A model generated the notes under the pieces. The model saw nothing but the letters and a program-made list of their open reading frames with translations, did not search any database and was not told where the DNA came from. A stretch of 63,020 nt of DNA, counting the filler, from Malassezia furfur (lineage: Eukaryota): the NCBI GenBank assembly GCA_052055015.1. It is 2 parts of 2 records of this genome, joined end to end, with 100 filler letters (N's around TTAATTAATTAA, not from the genome) between each part and the next. Parts side by side here need not be neighbours in the genome. Positions count along the whole stretch, not along the records: positions 1 to 31,526 come from JBQJIT010000092.1; 1 more part is not named here. One strand, given 5' to 3'. The stretch's first letter is position 1; each line of letters starts with the position of its first letter. Positions 20,204 to 31,626 of the stretch are shown here, one piece after another. The position numbers and the translations under genes were made by a program.

Positions 20204-22735
20204 CTATGCAAGCCCTTGCAGCACCTCGTACTCGTCTGGGACGTAGCGCTGCACAAACAGCGGCGCACCCCCGCCGATCATCGCGTCGTGTGTCGCGACG
20301 GCCGCGTCGACCCACGCGCGACGCTCCTCGGCGTCGTCGGCGTGCAAGCGTGCGAGTGTCAGCAGGCACTGGATTGCGCCGTCTAGGTGCACGCTCGGTA
20401 GCCGCGCGATGCCGTGCGCCGAGAGCTGCGCACCGGTCGCCTCGGCGCCCGCACGCGCGAGCGACGCGGCGTGCGTGACATCGTACGCGGCCGCATGCTG
20501 CGCGGCGCGGTGCAGCACGTCGACGACATCGGGACGCAGTGCGCCGCGCGCCGTATCGTACGTGGCGTGCAACGCCGTCGCGAGCGCCTCGAGCGCCTCA
20601 ACCACCTCACGATGCGCATCGTCGGACGCGAGCGCCGCATTGTTCAGCAATGCGCGGCTCCGGTCGACGAGCGGCGGCAGCGTCGTGGCGAGCAGCTCCT
20701 GGCGCTTGCGCAGCGCCTCGTGCCCGTCGCGCTCATCCAGCACACACAACTCGCATGCGCACCGGAAGCCGTGTTTGGCCAGGAGCGACTGCCGCGTGTC
20801 GTACGGCAGCTCACCCTGCACGTACTGGTGCATGATCTGCGTGCCACGCGGCAGCGGATGCAGCGCGCGCGTGGTGACCATGTCGCCAAAAAAGACCGAC
20901 GAGACGTTCGGCAAACACGCGTGGTTCAAAATCGCGGGGAGCAGGTGCGGCATGGTCGAGCGCGACATGGGGTCGTTGCCGCTCGCCGCCGCAGGCGTTG
21001 CCGCTGGGCCAAATGCGTTGAAGCGCAGCACACCGTTGACGTACGCCGCACCCACGTCCGGCGCCTGCATCCCGCTCGCGATCGCTGCATCGCCCGCAAG
21101 CGGCCGCGTGCGCAGGGGATAGGGCTCACGGACGAACGGCGAATAGGGAACGTCGGGGCCCGCCGTAAGCCCGAGGAACGCAGTTGCCCACTCGGGGCGG
21201 TCCAGCACCGCGTGGATGCACCGCGTCGCAGCAAGCACCTGCGTAGTGGTGCTTGTCACGCCGTTGTCGATGTTGACCCGCAGCAGCGGCACACCGTCGC
21301 ACGCAGCGTCCGCGCTATAGGTGCTACCGAGCGCACGGCAGCACAGCAGTAGCTCGCCCGGCTCAACGTCGCGCGTGAGCACCAGCCCACGGCCTGCGCC
21401 GGGGATGTCTGCCACCTCGATCGGGCCGTGGAATTCAGCATAGGCGAACCGCGGCGTTGCGTCGTCGAGCGTCGCAGCAAACATGCGCTCCAGCGTCGCA
21501 CCAGTAGGACCGTGCAGGCCAAACTCGAGTGCAGCTGTTGCGTCCGCCTTGCGCTGCGTCCATGCACCATCACGCTCCTCGAGCGGCACGGCGTCCAGCA
21601 CGGCATCGGCGTCGGCATACGACCGTAGCGCCAGTAACACATCGGCGTGCACCAGGGCATCGTCGGCGCCTGTCGCACCGCTCGACGACCACACTCCAAT
21701 ACGCTCCGCGGCGAGCCACTCGCGCCAGGCCGCGCCAGGCCGGTCGTGCGCGAGGAATCGGCGAATGGTCGCACGCACGGCCTCGCGCGACACGTCGGGC
21801 ACCACGAGCGCGGGGGGCGCATCGGGCTGCGCGAGCTGCCGCTGCACGGCGCGTGCCAAAGGGCCCTCTTGGCGCCAGTGTGCCGGCGCTGCGGGCGTCC
21901 GGGGTGTAGGCCAGCTCAGGCCGGCCACGAGCGGGTCGTCCGCGTCAAGCACAAGCACGTCGGACGGCGTATCGATGCGAATCCCCGTGACACCCTTACC
22001 GCTCGTGATGGGGCCGCCCACGCCGAGGTAGTGCGTGCTTACGTACGGCTCGCGGATGAGGAGCAGGGTGCCTTCGGGCAGCATTGCGTCCAACGCGTCG
22101 CCGTGCAGTTTCAAGTCGGGCGTAAAGTAGGCAATGCTAATCGGAAGCGCTGCGCCACACGCAAATTCGCCGACAAACGAGCACGAGACGTACAGACTGA
22201 GCGGCGACGCAACGCGTACAACCACATAGCGCCCTTCGAACCGCTTTGGCGCGACCAGCTCGCCAAAGTCGATACGCGTCAACGCATTCACGGGCCGTGT
22301 CGAGTGGTACGTGTGCTCGGTATCGAGAATCTGGCGCGGGATGTACACGCGCTCACCCTGCGTCCCCGCCTCGCGCTCTGCGTCGCGTCGCCGAATGGCG
22401 GCATTTTGTTGCGCCAGCAGCGCTTTGAGCGGCACACGCTTCACTGGTTTGGGTGTATTGCAGGCTGTGCGCTCCTGTCGCAGCGCTTCCACGTTTTGCT
22501 GCAACACGCGGTTGTAATTGGCAAGCATGGCCTCCGTCGCGCCGCTCAAGAGCGCGGCGTCGACCATAGCTGCCGCGCTATCTTCATCGTCCTGCGCGTC
22601 GATGCGGGCAGGCACGGCGAGCTCTTGCGCAAGCTGTTTTTCGGTACGCGGATCTGCATCAACCAGCGATACTATTTGCTCGCCCCGCGGCGCCGCGAGG
22701 CCCAAATTGCGCAGCGACCGCACCAACTCTTCCAT
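20204..22735 (-). CDS. SET-domain (SMYD-like) plus TPR-like protein, putative lysine methyltransferase
   Basis: GAGRGLVLTRDVEPGELLL, AILNHACLPN, TRALHPLPRGTQIMHQY, post-SET FRCACELC. Confidence 0.85.
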   Translation of the reverse strand: MEELVRSLRNLGLAAPRGEQIVSLVDADPRTEKQLAQELAVPARIDAQDDEDSAAAMVDAALLSGATEAMLANYNRVLQQNVEALRQERTACNTPKPVKRVPLKALLAQQNAAIRRRDAEREAGTQGERVYIPRQILDTEHTYHSTRPVNALTRIDFGELVAPKRFEGRYVVVRVASPLSLYVSCSFVGEFACGAALPISIAYFTPDLKLHGDALDAMLPEGTLLLIREPYVSTHYLGVGGPITSGKGVTGIRIDTPSDVLVLDADDPLVAGLSWPTPRTPAAPAHWRQEGPLARAVQRQLAQPDAPPALVVPDVSREAVRATIRRFLAHDRPGAAWREWLAAERIGVWSSSGATGADDALVHADVLLALRSYADADAVLDAVPLEERDGAWTQRKADATAALEFGLHGPTGATLERMFAATLDDATPRFAYAEFHGPIEVADIPGAGRGLVLTRDVEPGELLLCCRALGSTYSADAACDGVPLLRVNIDNGVTSTTTQVLAATRCIHAVLDRPEWATAFLGLTAGPDVPYSPFVREPYPLRTRPLAGDAAIASGMQAPDVGAAYVNGVLRFNAFGPAATPAAASGNDPMSRSTMPHLLPAILNHACLPNVSSVFFGDMVTTRALHPLPRGTQIMHQYVQGELPYDTRQSLLAKHGFRCACELCVLDERDGHEALRKRQELLATTLPPLVDRSRALLNNAALASDDAHREVVEALEALATALHATYDTARGALRPDVVDVLHRAAQHAAAYDVTHAASLARAGAEATGAQLSAHGIARLPSVHLDGAIQCLLTLARLHADDAEERRAWVDAAVATHDAMIGGGAPLFVQRYVPDEYEVLQGLA

Positions 22736-22858
22736 GCACAAAGAGTGCCTCCACACCCTACAGAGGGCAGGGGCAAGACCCTGATAGTAACCCTGTTGGT
22801 TTCACACGTGGCAGCGAATCAGGCGCAGGCGTGTGGCGCAAAAACCCTTTCGCCGACA

Positions 22859-22869
22859 TGAGTCACGTG
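22859..22869. promoter_or_regulatory. Overlapping Gcn4 site (TGAGTCA) and E-box (CACGTG)
   Basis: TGAGTCACGTG lies between the SET gene and the Pcl-type cyclin. Confidence 0.4.
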
Positions 22870-23397
22870 TGGGGTGCATTCCGTTGTGTGGCAAAGGGTC
22901 CGCACGAGTAGTAGACGCCGAGTTCACGGCCGATTCCTTTGACCCGGTAACAGCTCGGACTACACGGTGTCACATCTGGGTGCCCTCGTATCTATCCCAC
23001 CAGCCATATTGACAGCGGGTGGTTTGCGTCTCCGTTCCCGAACAGAGACGTTGTTTGCGCACATTGTTGTCCAAACGCGGCGTGTGGAACGCCACTAGTC
23101 CTTGCGGGACCAATCGGTCCGCTCGACCCTCGACGACCGGCCTGTGAAGCCCTACGAAGTAACGAACCAACCTTTTCAGAAGCCAAGATGATCTACGCGG
23201 TGGTGTCCTCGCTGGACACGCGCGCATGCTAAGCTTGCTCGTGACCACCCCGCGCTTATATGGAACCAACACTTGCCCTGCTGACGCCGTCTGTCTGCCT
23301 TCCTCGGCCAAGTGACCGTTCTTGATCTGATCGCAATCTTGTGCGATCCCTGCCTGCTTACCCGCCTATTTGACTACCGTTGAACACCCCGCCTAGA

Positions 23398-24658
23398 ATG
23401 CAAATGGAACCCGAGAAGCCCCCGAGTCGCTGGGAGTTGGCGGCGGACCTCAAACCGCTGACCGATGCCCCAGGCTCGGGCGCGCCCTCGGTCTCGTCGA
23501 CCTCGTCCCAGTCGGGCGCGTCGTCTGTGTTCTCCGCACAGAATGATGATTCACCGCAGACGAGTCTATCGAGCCAGAACACGTCCCCCAGCCTGTCCCA
23601 ATTCTCGGGGAAATCACGACGCTGCAGCGAACTGCTGACAGCGGAAGACGACATACATGAGCCGCCCCATGCGCCGGCGTCGAAAAAGTGCAAACTGACG
23701 GCACCGGAGGCGCCCGAGTCCTCGGCGCCGCCCAGCAGCCTGGCGAGCAAGCCGGGTCTCGGCTGTGGAGCGCTGCGGATGAACCGCGCGCTGTTCGTGG
23801 AAAACCTGGTCGGTGCGTATAGCAGGAGCCTACGGGCCATCTAACACCTGTGCAGATGCCGCGGTCACAACGATTGCTTCGATTTGGGGACGTTTCTCCC
23901 GCGAGAGCCGGCAGCACTCGTCGTCGCGCAACAGCGCATCGCCGAACAATACGCTCCCCTTGGACTTGTTTGTGCGCGAGATTCTTCGTCGGAGTCGGAC
24001 GAACTGCTCGACGCTGCAAGCAGCCTTGCTGTATTGTATTCGTTGCAAGCGCGCGGTGGAGGCGAGCGTGGACAAAATGGCGGATACCGCCGATGCGCTT
24101 CCGCCATCGCGGGCGGCACCGGAACCAGAGCCGTGCTTCCCCTCGCTCGCCGCCTCGGCGCCGTCCGCGGCCGCAGCGCTAGGATGCTTGAGCAGCTCGC
24201 CAAATGGTGTCCAGCCCATGTCACCGCTTCTTTGCGGTCGCCGCATGTTCCTAGCAGCGATCGTCGTTGCGTCCAAGTTCCTCCAAGACCAGACTTACTC
24301 GAACCGGACATGGAGTAAGATCTCGGGCCTAGCACCGCGCGAGATCGAGCAGCTTGAGCGCATCTTCTTGCACACGATCCAGTACGATCTGGTCGTGGAT
24401 GCCGCTCAGTGGTCCCGCTGGACCCAAGAGCTCTCGTCCAACTGGGTCCGCGCCAAACCGGCGCCCCCCGCGGCGGCCGACGCGCCGCGGCCGGCTACCG
24501 CCGCCGAGGTGCGGAAAGCAGCGCCCGACCAACGTCTCCACCGCGCGATCTCGGAGAATGTGATCGGCCAGACGCTCCCATTTGACGCTGGCATATTGCA
24601 GTCGGACCGAAACCGCCACACACGCGCGGCCTTCGTGCGACGTCCCTCATCCGCGTAA
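23398..24658 (+). CDS. Pho85-type cyclin (Pcl5/Clg1-like), 2 exons
   Basis: LFVENLV/DAAV, LPLDLFVREILRRSRTNCSTLQAALLY, CGRRMFLAAIVVASKFLQDQTYSNRTWSKISGL. Intron 23813-23855. Confidence 0.9.
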
Positions 24659-24834
24659 TGAGCACCATCATGGCTTATAAATATCCCTCTTCCACAGTGA
24701 TCAAGCCCCTCATGACCTCGACCTCCTACCGGCTTCAGCAGCGCGTGAAACCGCACCGCTGACTAATCCGGCTTTGGAGCAAGCTTGGGCCACGGAGGTG
24801 TGCGTGGTGGCCCAACCGCCGTGTGCGTGACACG

Positions 24835-26286
24835 ATGTTCAACGCAACCGGAGAGGGATGGTGGATGCCGCAGATACTCCTCCAGGAGCGCTCCGAGTTT
24901 CCGCTCTATGGATATACCCCCAATGTCGCTGCAGCCGTCGTCTTTGTAGTCATGTTTGGGCTGACGTCCGCGGTACATTTCGCGCAGCTGCTCTACTATC
25001 GACAATGGTGGATGCTGGTGATGCTCGTTGGCACGTTGGCCGAGCTCAGCGGATATGCAATGTATGTGCACAAGCTAAACCAGTCGCATCCAGGGACACC
25101 ATGACCCTTACGTCCGCAACCCCTACGTTGCGATGGAGTGTTTGCTTGTCATCACGCCGTGTTTGTTCGCTGCGGTACGTCGCTTGCTCACGCAGGTTCA
25201 TTTCACATCAATCGGGCGCATTGCAACGCTTTTTCCGCGCAAGTACTCTGCCGTTCGGCCCATCTTGCTCGTACCGATCTTTGTCACAATCGATATCGCT
25301 TCGCTGGTCGTGCAGGGCGTCGGTGCGGCATCGGCTGCGACGGCCGACAATGAACACGTACGTGGAGCGCATCCCTGACACAGGACTCGCACAACGGCTC
25401 TATGATCGTCGTCGGTGGCGTTGCCGTCCAGCTGGCCGGCTACCTACTGTTCAATTTGGCGTTTCTGTCGTTCTGGTACCGCGTGCGCAAGGACAGGCCG
25501 CCACTGTACCTCAAACTTCGTTCGTTTATGGCAGCCGTATTTCTTTCGAGCTTGTTCATTGTGCTCCGGTCCATTTACCGAGTGATTGAGATGGCGTACG
25601 GCTGGGACGGTGTGATTAACACCACGGAATGGGCCGTGTATGTGTTTGACGGTGCATTTGTGTTGATCGCGGTGGTGATTCTCAATGTATACAACCCGAT
25701 GCAGTATCTCCCGAAGCGCTTTTCTTGGAAATTTAATCCAGAGCGCGATGGACCTGCGGATATGGAATCGGCCGTCCCAGGTGACAGGTATGCATCCAAC
25801 AGCCCCTCGCAGGAGAAAAACGGGACGGATATGCCTCAAACAGATTTGGAAGACGGTGCGAATACGCTTGAGACCCGTGGTCCCCAACAAGACAGCATAA
25901 ACGAGATTGGCGGGCCAGGCCCTAGCGCATACGCCCCGACAGACATGGCCAGTGCGACTGCACAAAGCAATGAACCCAACGGATCATCGACCTTGGCTGC
26001 ACCTGTCTCTCGTCCCGGGGGGGTTTCATCATTTGCCTCGCACACATCTACCGCCGAGGCGTACACAGAGAGTGTGAGCGGCAACTCGGCTGCTGGCGCT
26101 AAGCATCCTCCCACGATGGTGCACACCTCTTCCCCAACTGGGGCAGCAAATGAAGTGCCATCGGCAACAGGCCCCATTCCAGCTCAGCCTGGTACACTGC
26201 CTGGCGTCCTCAGTGCGTTGGGCCCCATTAGCTCGCCTGTCACTGTTCTTGTTCCAGGCGTATCGAATCTCCCGGCTCGGCAATGA
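24835..26286 (+). CDS. RTA1/RSB1-like 7-TM lipid-translocating exporter family protein, 4 exons
   Basis: YGYTPNVAAA, ELSGYA/IR, ITPCLFAA, DIASLVVQGVG, LRSIYRVIEMAYG, YVFDG. Introns 25062-25083, 25175-25195 and 25358-25383. Confidence 0.9.
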
Positions 26287-26786
26287 GCGACGCATGAAGG
26301 GGAATATTGCACAAGATTCTGGAACATCCCCACCGCAGCCCATGCATACGCACCCTATGTGATACCCATGTTGGTGTTACGTTTGTGATTTCTTTTATTC
26401 CACGTATTGTTGCCAATATTATACCACGGCGAGTGCAGTGGAAATCCGCGTGAGATTCGGTCTCCGTTGCTTGATTAGCTATTCAGCTTGATGTACACTG
26501 TACACAATAGACTTTTACACGAATTGCTCCTATTTCCGTATTTGCATCATATGACGGCATGGTCTTTTTTTGGAGTCCCCGTCAGCTGCTATCTAGGCCG
26601 TCTGGATTCAATGATCATATCCCTAGAGGCTGCCGAAATTGAACCAACTTATTTGGACCGAGGGCCGTCCGGCCGACGGTCGCCCGGCTGGCCACGCGGC
26701 CAGTGAAGGTGGAGGGCATCGGCGACAGCCGATCGGTGCGCGCGCCAATTTTTTGTCTCGCAGGCGACGGTGGCTACATCCCAAGC

Positions 26787-29780
26787 ATGCCCTCCATCGC
26801 CATACAGAAACGGCCACGCACCGAGGAAGAGTGCGTGGCTGCCTATACCAAATTCCACCGTAAGACAGCCCGCGGCAAAGTGCTCAAAGTCCTACGCGAA
26901 ACATACCATCGAGACGATATTCCGTGCGGCAGTGTCGCATGTGCGACGTGCGATGCATCCGTGTACGAGGCCGAGTGCGCCGGCACGAGCATGCCAATGC
27001 GCCACCCCGTGCTCGACAAACAAGGCACTGCGAACAACTACGGCGGTAAGCCCCATTACGTCGTGATTGATACCAATGTCGTGCTCCATCAAATGGATGT
27101 GCTCGAGAACCCCGCGTTCACCAACGTGGTTGTGCTCCAAACCGTGTTGGATGAAGTACGCAACCGCAGTCTGCCGCTGTACAATCGCCTGCGTGCGCTG
27201 ATTAGCGACCCGGACCGCAAATTCTGGCAGTTCTACAACGACTTCCACCGCGGCGCTAGTGTCGTGCGCGATGCGCACGAGTCACCCAACGACCGCAACG
27301 ACCGTGCGATCCGGGAGGGCGCGGCGTGGTACATCGAGCACTTGCGTGAGGCACGCAATGGCCTCGGCGTCGTGCTCGTGAGCGATGATGTGGAAAATGT
27401 GCACAAGGCGCGCAAGCAGGGCCTGACCGCGTGTAGCGTGCGCGAGTACATTGGGGGCTTTGCGAACGCGGCACAGCTGCAAGAACTGCTGTCCGCACGT
27501 GAGGGTGCGCCCGAAGCCAACGCCGAGCTCGTCCGTGGCGCGCACGTCTTCGACGAATATTGGGGCACGGCTGAGCTCGAGGCCGGTGTGCGGGTCGGCA
27601 CACTGCATCGTGGTTTCTTCAATGCGAATGCGTACAACTACCTTGAGGGTACGGTGCGTACCGATGCGCTGCCGAAGCCCATCCTGCTGCAGGGCCGCGA
27701 GGCAATGAATCGCGCCGTGGACGGCGATGTGGTTTATGTGGCGCTCCTACCCGAGTCCGAGTGGAAGGGCGCGACGGATGCGGTGCTCGAATCAGATGCC
27801 GCACAGCGTAACGATGATGCGCGCGAGGATGACGACGACGACGAGGAGCCGGACGCGCCAGAGGTCGAGCCGAGTCACGATGACAGCAAGAAGCAGCCGA
27901 CAGGCCGTGTTGTGGGCATTGCGCGCCGCAACTGGCGCTCATATGTCGCGCACATTGATGCTACTTCGGTGAACGAGGGCGCAATTGCGAGTCTCGGTCC
28001 ACAGACCGTATTTGCCTCGCCCGTGGACCGCAAGATCCCCCGCATCAAGATCCGCACGCGCCAGGTGGGCGAGTTGCTCGGCCAGAAGATTTTGGTGACG
28101 ATTGATGCGTGGCGTGCCACGAGCCGATACCCCGAGGGGCACTTTGTGCGTGCGCTGGGTGCGGCCGAGAGCAAGGAGGCCGAGCAGGAGAGTTTGCTGC
28201 TGGAGTACGACGTGCCGTATCGGCCGTTTAGCAAGGCGGTGCTCGCTTGCCTACCGCGCGAGGGTGACCACTGGGTAGTACCGGCGCGCAGCGACGATAG
28301 CCCCGCATGGCGCAACCGCGAGGATTTGCGTGCGGAGCAGATCTGCAGCATCGATCCCCCCGGGTGCCAGGACATTGACGATGCGCTGCACGCCAAGCCG
28401 CTGCCGAACGGCAACATCGAGGTCGGCGTGCACATCGCTGACGTGTCCTACTTTGTGCGGCCCGATACACCCATGGACGCTGAGGCGGCGTCGCGCGGCA
28501 CAACGGTGTACCTGGTGGACAAGCGCATCGACATGCTCCCCCACCTGCTCGGCACGAACCTGTGCTCACTGCGTCCGTTTGTGGAGCGCCTCGCATTCAG
28601 TGCGTTGTGGGAGATGACGCCGGACGCAAACGTCGTGTCCGTGCGTTTCACCAAATCGGTGATCGCGAGCAAGGCGGCGTTCACCTATGAGGACGCGCAG
28701 AAGCGCAAGGACGACGCGACGCTCGACGACCCCATCACGACGAGCATTCGCTTGCTCAACAAGCTTGCGATCCAGCTCAAGCAACGGCGCATGGCTGCTG
28801 GCGCGCTCAACCTTGCGTCACCCGAGGTGCGCATCCAGATGGACTCCTCCGAGTCCTCCGGCCCGATTGACGTGGAGCAAAAGCAGCTGTTCGAGACAAA
28901 CAGCCTGGTGGAGGAGTTTATGCTTTTGGCGAACACGTCGTGTGCACAGCGCATCTACGAGGCGTATCCCACCACCGCGGTGCTCCGCCGCCACGCGCCA
29001 CCTCCGGAAGACAACTTTGAGACGCTCAAGGACATCCTCAAAAAGCGGCGCGGCATGGAGCTCGATACGTCGAGCTCCGGCGCGCTCGCTGCGTCGCTCG
29101 ACCGCTGCGTCGACCCGAGCGACCCCACGTTCAACACGCTCGTGCGCATCCTCGCAACGCGGTGTATGCTCGCCGCCGAGTACTTTTGCACGGGCAGCGT
29201 CGCGCGCAATGCATTTGGGCACTATGGCCTGGCAATGGGCATGTACACCCACTTTACGTCGCCCATTCGGCGCTACGCCGACGTGCTGGCGCACCGGCAG
29301 CTCGCTGCGGCGATTGGGTATGAGCCCCTGCCGGCGTCGCTGTACAGCAAGCAGTATGTCGATGACGTGCTGAACGTCGTGAACAAGCGCCACCGCCTAG
29401 GGCAGCTCGCGGGTCGCGCTTCAGTCGAGTTCTACGTGGGCCTGTCGATCATGGCACGCAATGCAGAGCGTGGTGCGGATGCGATGCACGTCGGCAAGGG
29501 CGGCGAGACACGCCTGCTGCGTGCGGATGCGTACGTTGTGCGCACCTTCCGCAACGGTCTCGCGGTGTTTGTGAGCAAGTACGGCCTCGAAGGGCTGATT
29601 ACCTTTAAGCAGGACTGCGCGTTTGACCCAGACACCTACCAGGTGACCGTGCCCATGCAGGTGTCGGGCCTCCCCCGCGACGTGACGCTCGGCATCTTTG
29701 ACCGGTGCCAGGTGGAGATTGGCGTCGAAAAGGACCGGAGTACCAAGCGCGGGCGCGTCAAGATGGCCCTAGTATTGTAG
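26787..29780 (+). CDS. DIS3: Exosome catalytic subunit Dis3/Rrp44
   Basis: CR3 (IPCGSVACATC), PIN (IDTNVVLHQ, ESPNDRNDRAIR), RNB (SIDPPGCQDIDDALH, YTHFTSPIRRYAD). Confidence 0.97.
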   Translation: MPSIAIQKRPRTEEECVAAYTKFHRKTARGKVLKVLRETYHRDDIPCGSVACATCDASVYEAECAGTSMPMRHPVLDKQGTANNYGGKPHYVVIDTNVVLHQMDVLENPAFTNVVVLQTVLDEVRNRSLPLYNRLRALISDPDRKFWQFYNDFHRGASVVRDAHESPNDRNDRAIREGAAWYIEHLREARNGLGVVLVSDDVENVHKARKQGLTACSVREYIGGFANAAQLQELLSAREGAPEANAELVRGAHVFDEYWGTAELEAGVRVGTLHRGFFNANAYNYLEGTVRTDALPKPILLQGREAMNRAVDGDVVYVALLPESEWKGATDAVLESDAAQRNDDAREDDDDDEEPDAPEVEPSHDDSKKQPTGRVVGIARRNWRSYVAHIDATSVNEGAIASLGPQTVFASPVDRKIPRIKIRTRQVGELLGQKILVTIDAWRATSRYPEGHFVRALGAAESKEAEQESLLLEYDVPYRPFSKAVLACLPREGDHWVVPARSDDSPAWRNREDLRAEQICSIDPPGCQDIDDALHAKPLPNGNIEVGVHIADVSYFVRPDTPMDAEAASRGTTVYLVDKRIDMLPHLLGTNLCSLRPFVERLAFSALWEMTPDANVVSVRFTKSVIASKAAFTYEDAQKRKDDATLDDPITTSIRLLNKLAIQLKQRRMAAGALNLASPEVRIQMDSSESSGPIDVEQKQLFETNSLVEEFMLLANTSCAQRIYEAYPTTAVLRRHAPPPEDNFETLKDILKKRRGMELDTSSSGALAASLDRCVDPSDPTFNTLVRILATRCMLAAEYFCTGSVARNAFGHYGLAMGMYTHFTSPIRRYADVLAHRQLAAAIGYEPLPASLYSKQYVDDVLNVVNKRHRLGQLAGRASVEFYVGLSIMARNAERGADAMHVGKGGETRLLRADAYVVRTFRNGLAVFVSKYGLEGLITFKQDCAFDPDTYQVTVPMQVSGLPRDVTLGIFDRCQVEIGVEKDRSTKRGRVKMALVL

Positions 29781-29809
29781 TGCATGGCAATTAGTGCAAC
29801 TATGAGCAT

Positions 29810-30505
29810 CTAGTTGTCCGCCATCACCTGGTCCCACGCGGCGGGGGTGTAGGAGGCGATCTCCTTCTCGCCGAACCACAGGCCGATCTCCTTGGTGGCC
29901 GACTCAAAGCCGTCCGAGGCGTGAATGATGTTGCGTCCGACACTCACGGCGTAATCGCCACGGATCGAGCCAGGCAGCGCCTGCAGCGGGTTCGTGGCGC
30001 CGACCATGTTGCGGCCCTGGCGAATGACGTCCTTGCCCTCCCAGACCATGGCGATCACGGGGGTGCCCGACGTAAGGTACTTGATCAGCGAGCCAAAGAA
30101 CGGCTTCGAGGCCAGGTCGCTATAGTGCTCGCGCGCCAGCTCGGTCGACGGCAGCACCGACTTGATGGCCACAAGCTTGTAGCCGCGCTCCTCAAAGCGC
30201 GAGATGATCTTGCCGACAATCTGGCGGTTCACGCCGTCCGGCTTGATCATAATGAAGCTGCGCTCGCTCGGCGTAGTGAAGGTGCCAGCGATCGTCGAGG
30301 GGCGCGACAGCACGTCGGCGCCCGCGTTGGTGACCACCTGGTCGAGGTGCACCGACGGCTGAGTGTACAGCGACGCACCGGCCACGGCCGTCGCGGCGGC
30401 GACGGCGAGCGGCACGCGCGACGCACGTGCAGCAGGGGCAGCGCGCGTCGCAAACATGCGAGCAGCACCGCGGAAGGAGGCAGTCGACGCAAACGTAGAG
30501 AACAT
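29810..30505 (-). CDS. NDK1: Nucleoside diphosphate kinase with mitochondrial presequence
   Basis: ERSFIMIKPDGV, GATNP..ALPGSIRGDY, GRNIIHASD. Arg/Ala-rich N-terminal leader. Confidence 0.96.
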   Translation of the reverse strand: MFSTFASTASFRGAARMFATRAAPAARASRVPLAVAAATAVAGASLYTQPSVHLDQVVTNAGADVLSRPSTIAGTFTTPSERSFIMIKPDGVNRQIVGKIISRFEERGYKLVAIKSVLPSTELAREHYSDLASKPFFGSLIKYLTSGTPVIAMVWEGKDVIRQGRNMVGATNPLQALPGSIRGDYAVSVGRNIIHASDGFESATKEIGLWFGEKEIASYTPAAWDQVMADN

Positions 30506-30609
30506 CGTAGACACAGACGACGTTCGGACCGGCCGGCGCACGGTTGACCCCCAGGTCCCGTTCACGTGAGGCCCGATCGAGATCGGGATTTTTTTTGGGC
30601 TGGCCCACC

Positions 30610-31465
30610 ATGGACGAGGAGGACGAGCTGGTTGCGTCGCTGCCGGTGTTCCTCAACGGTGCGCCGGGCGGCGCTTCGGCGAGCGAGCAGGACGCAGTGC
30701 GCACGCCGCGGCTCGAGCTCTTCCAGTACCCGCTATACCAGCGTGATCACGCGCTGCCCGTCCCCGCGTCCGCGGCGCAGCGCGGCCAAGCGGTCGCTAG
30801 CCGCTGGCGCCCGCAGGCGAATCGCGTCGAGATGGAGCTGCCGCTCGACGTGCGCCCCACCGTGTACAATGCCGAAAAGGGCACCGAGTACGCTGAGGCG
30901 ACTGAGCGGCTCGGCAAGATCCCCGTGCCCGGCCAGGTGAAACAAGAGCGGCCGATGACCGACACGCCGCGCTTTGACTGCATGCGCCTCGAGAGCGCCG
31001 CAGTGCCGAACGCGGCAGAATACATGATCTGCACAGTGAAAAATGGTGCGTAGTCATTGCCGACTGACGCCAGGCGAATTGCACCTCACGCCGCTGCACG
31101 CCGTGCTCCAGATGCGGCCCTCGATGCAGCACGTGGACATGCTCCACGAAGCCGAGACGAACGAGCGGCATGGCCGCGCGCCTGCCTCGGATGACGATGC
31201 TGATGCGCAGCAGCAGCCTGTCGCTACCGACAAGCGCCCCGGTGTTGTGTCGCTCAACGTGTCGGTGCGCACCGACACGCCGCGCGCCGGGGTGCACTCG
31301 GGGCGCGCGCCACATCATGCGCACGACGCCGACGCCGAGCGCTGGGTGGATATGCGGTGGGTGGATGAGTCGACGCCGGGCGCATGGGAGGCCGCTGAGG
31401 CCCAGTTGCTGTCACCCACGCGCGCGCCGCTCTACTGCAATACCCGTGCGCGTGATTTCTTGTAG
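30610..31465 (+). CDS. RPC37: RNA polymerase III subunit Rpc5/Rpc37 (Sin-like), 2 exons
   Basis: DELVASLPVFL, LFQYP, RVEMELPLD, YMICTVKN/GELHLTPLHAVLQMRPSMQHVD. Intron 31046-31073. Confidence 0.85.
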
Positions 31466-31526
31466 ATGTACACTAGCTATGGGCCACTGGGCTCTGGAGC
31501 CTTGCCGGTATGAGCGTCGTTGGACG

Positions 31527-31626
31527 NNNNNNNNNNNNNNNNNNNNNNNNNNNNNNNNNNNNNNNNNNNNTTAATTAATTAANNNNNNNNNNNNNNNNNN
31601 NNNNNNNNNNNNNNNNNNNNNNNNNN
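31527..31626. other. Artificial 100-nt contig linker (44 N + TTAATTAATTAA + 44 N)
   Basis: Symmetric N runs surround a 12-mer with stops in all six frames. Confidence 0.95.

Noticed and set aside
31571..31582. Palindromic TTAATTAATTAA element
   Set aside because: It is centred in symmetric 44-N runs, so it is a synthetic six-frame-stop scaffold linker.
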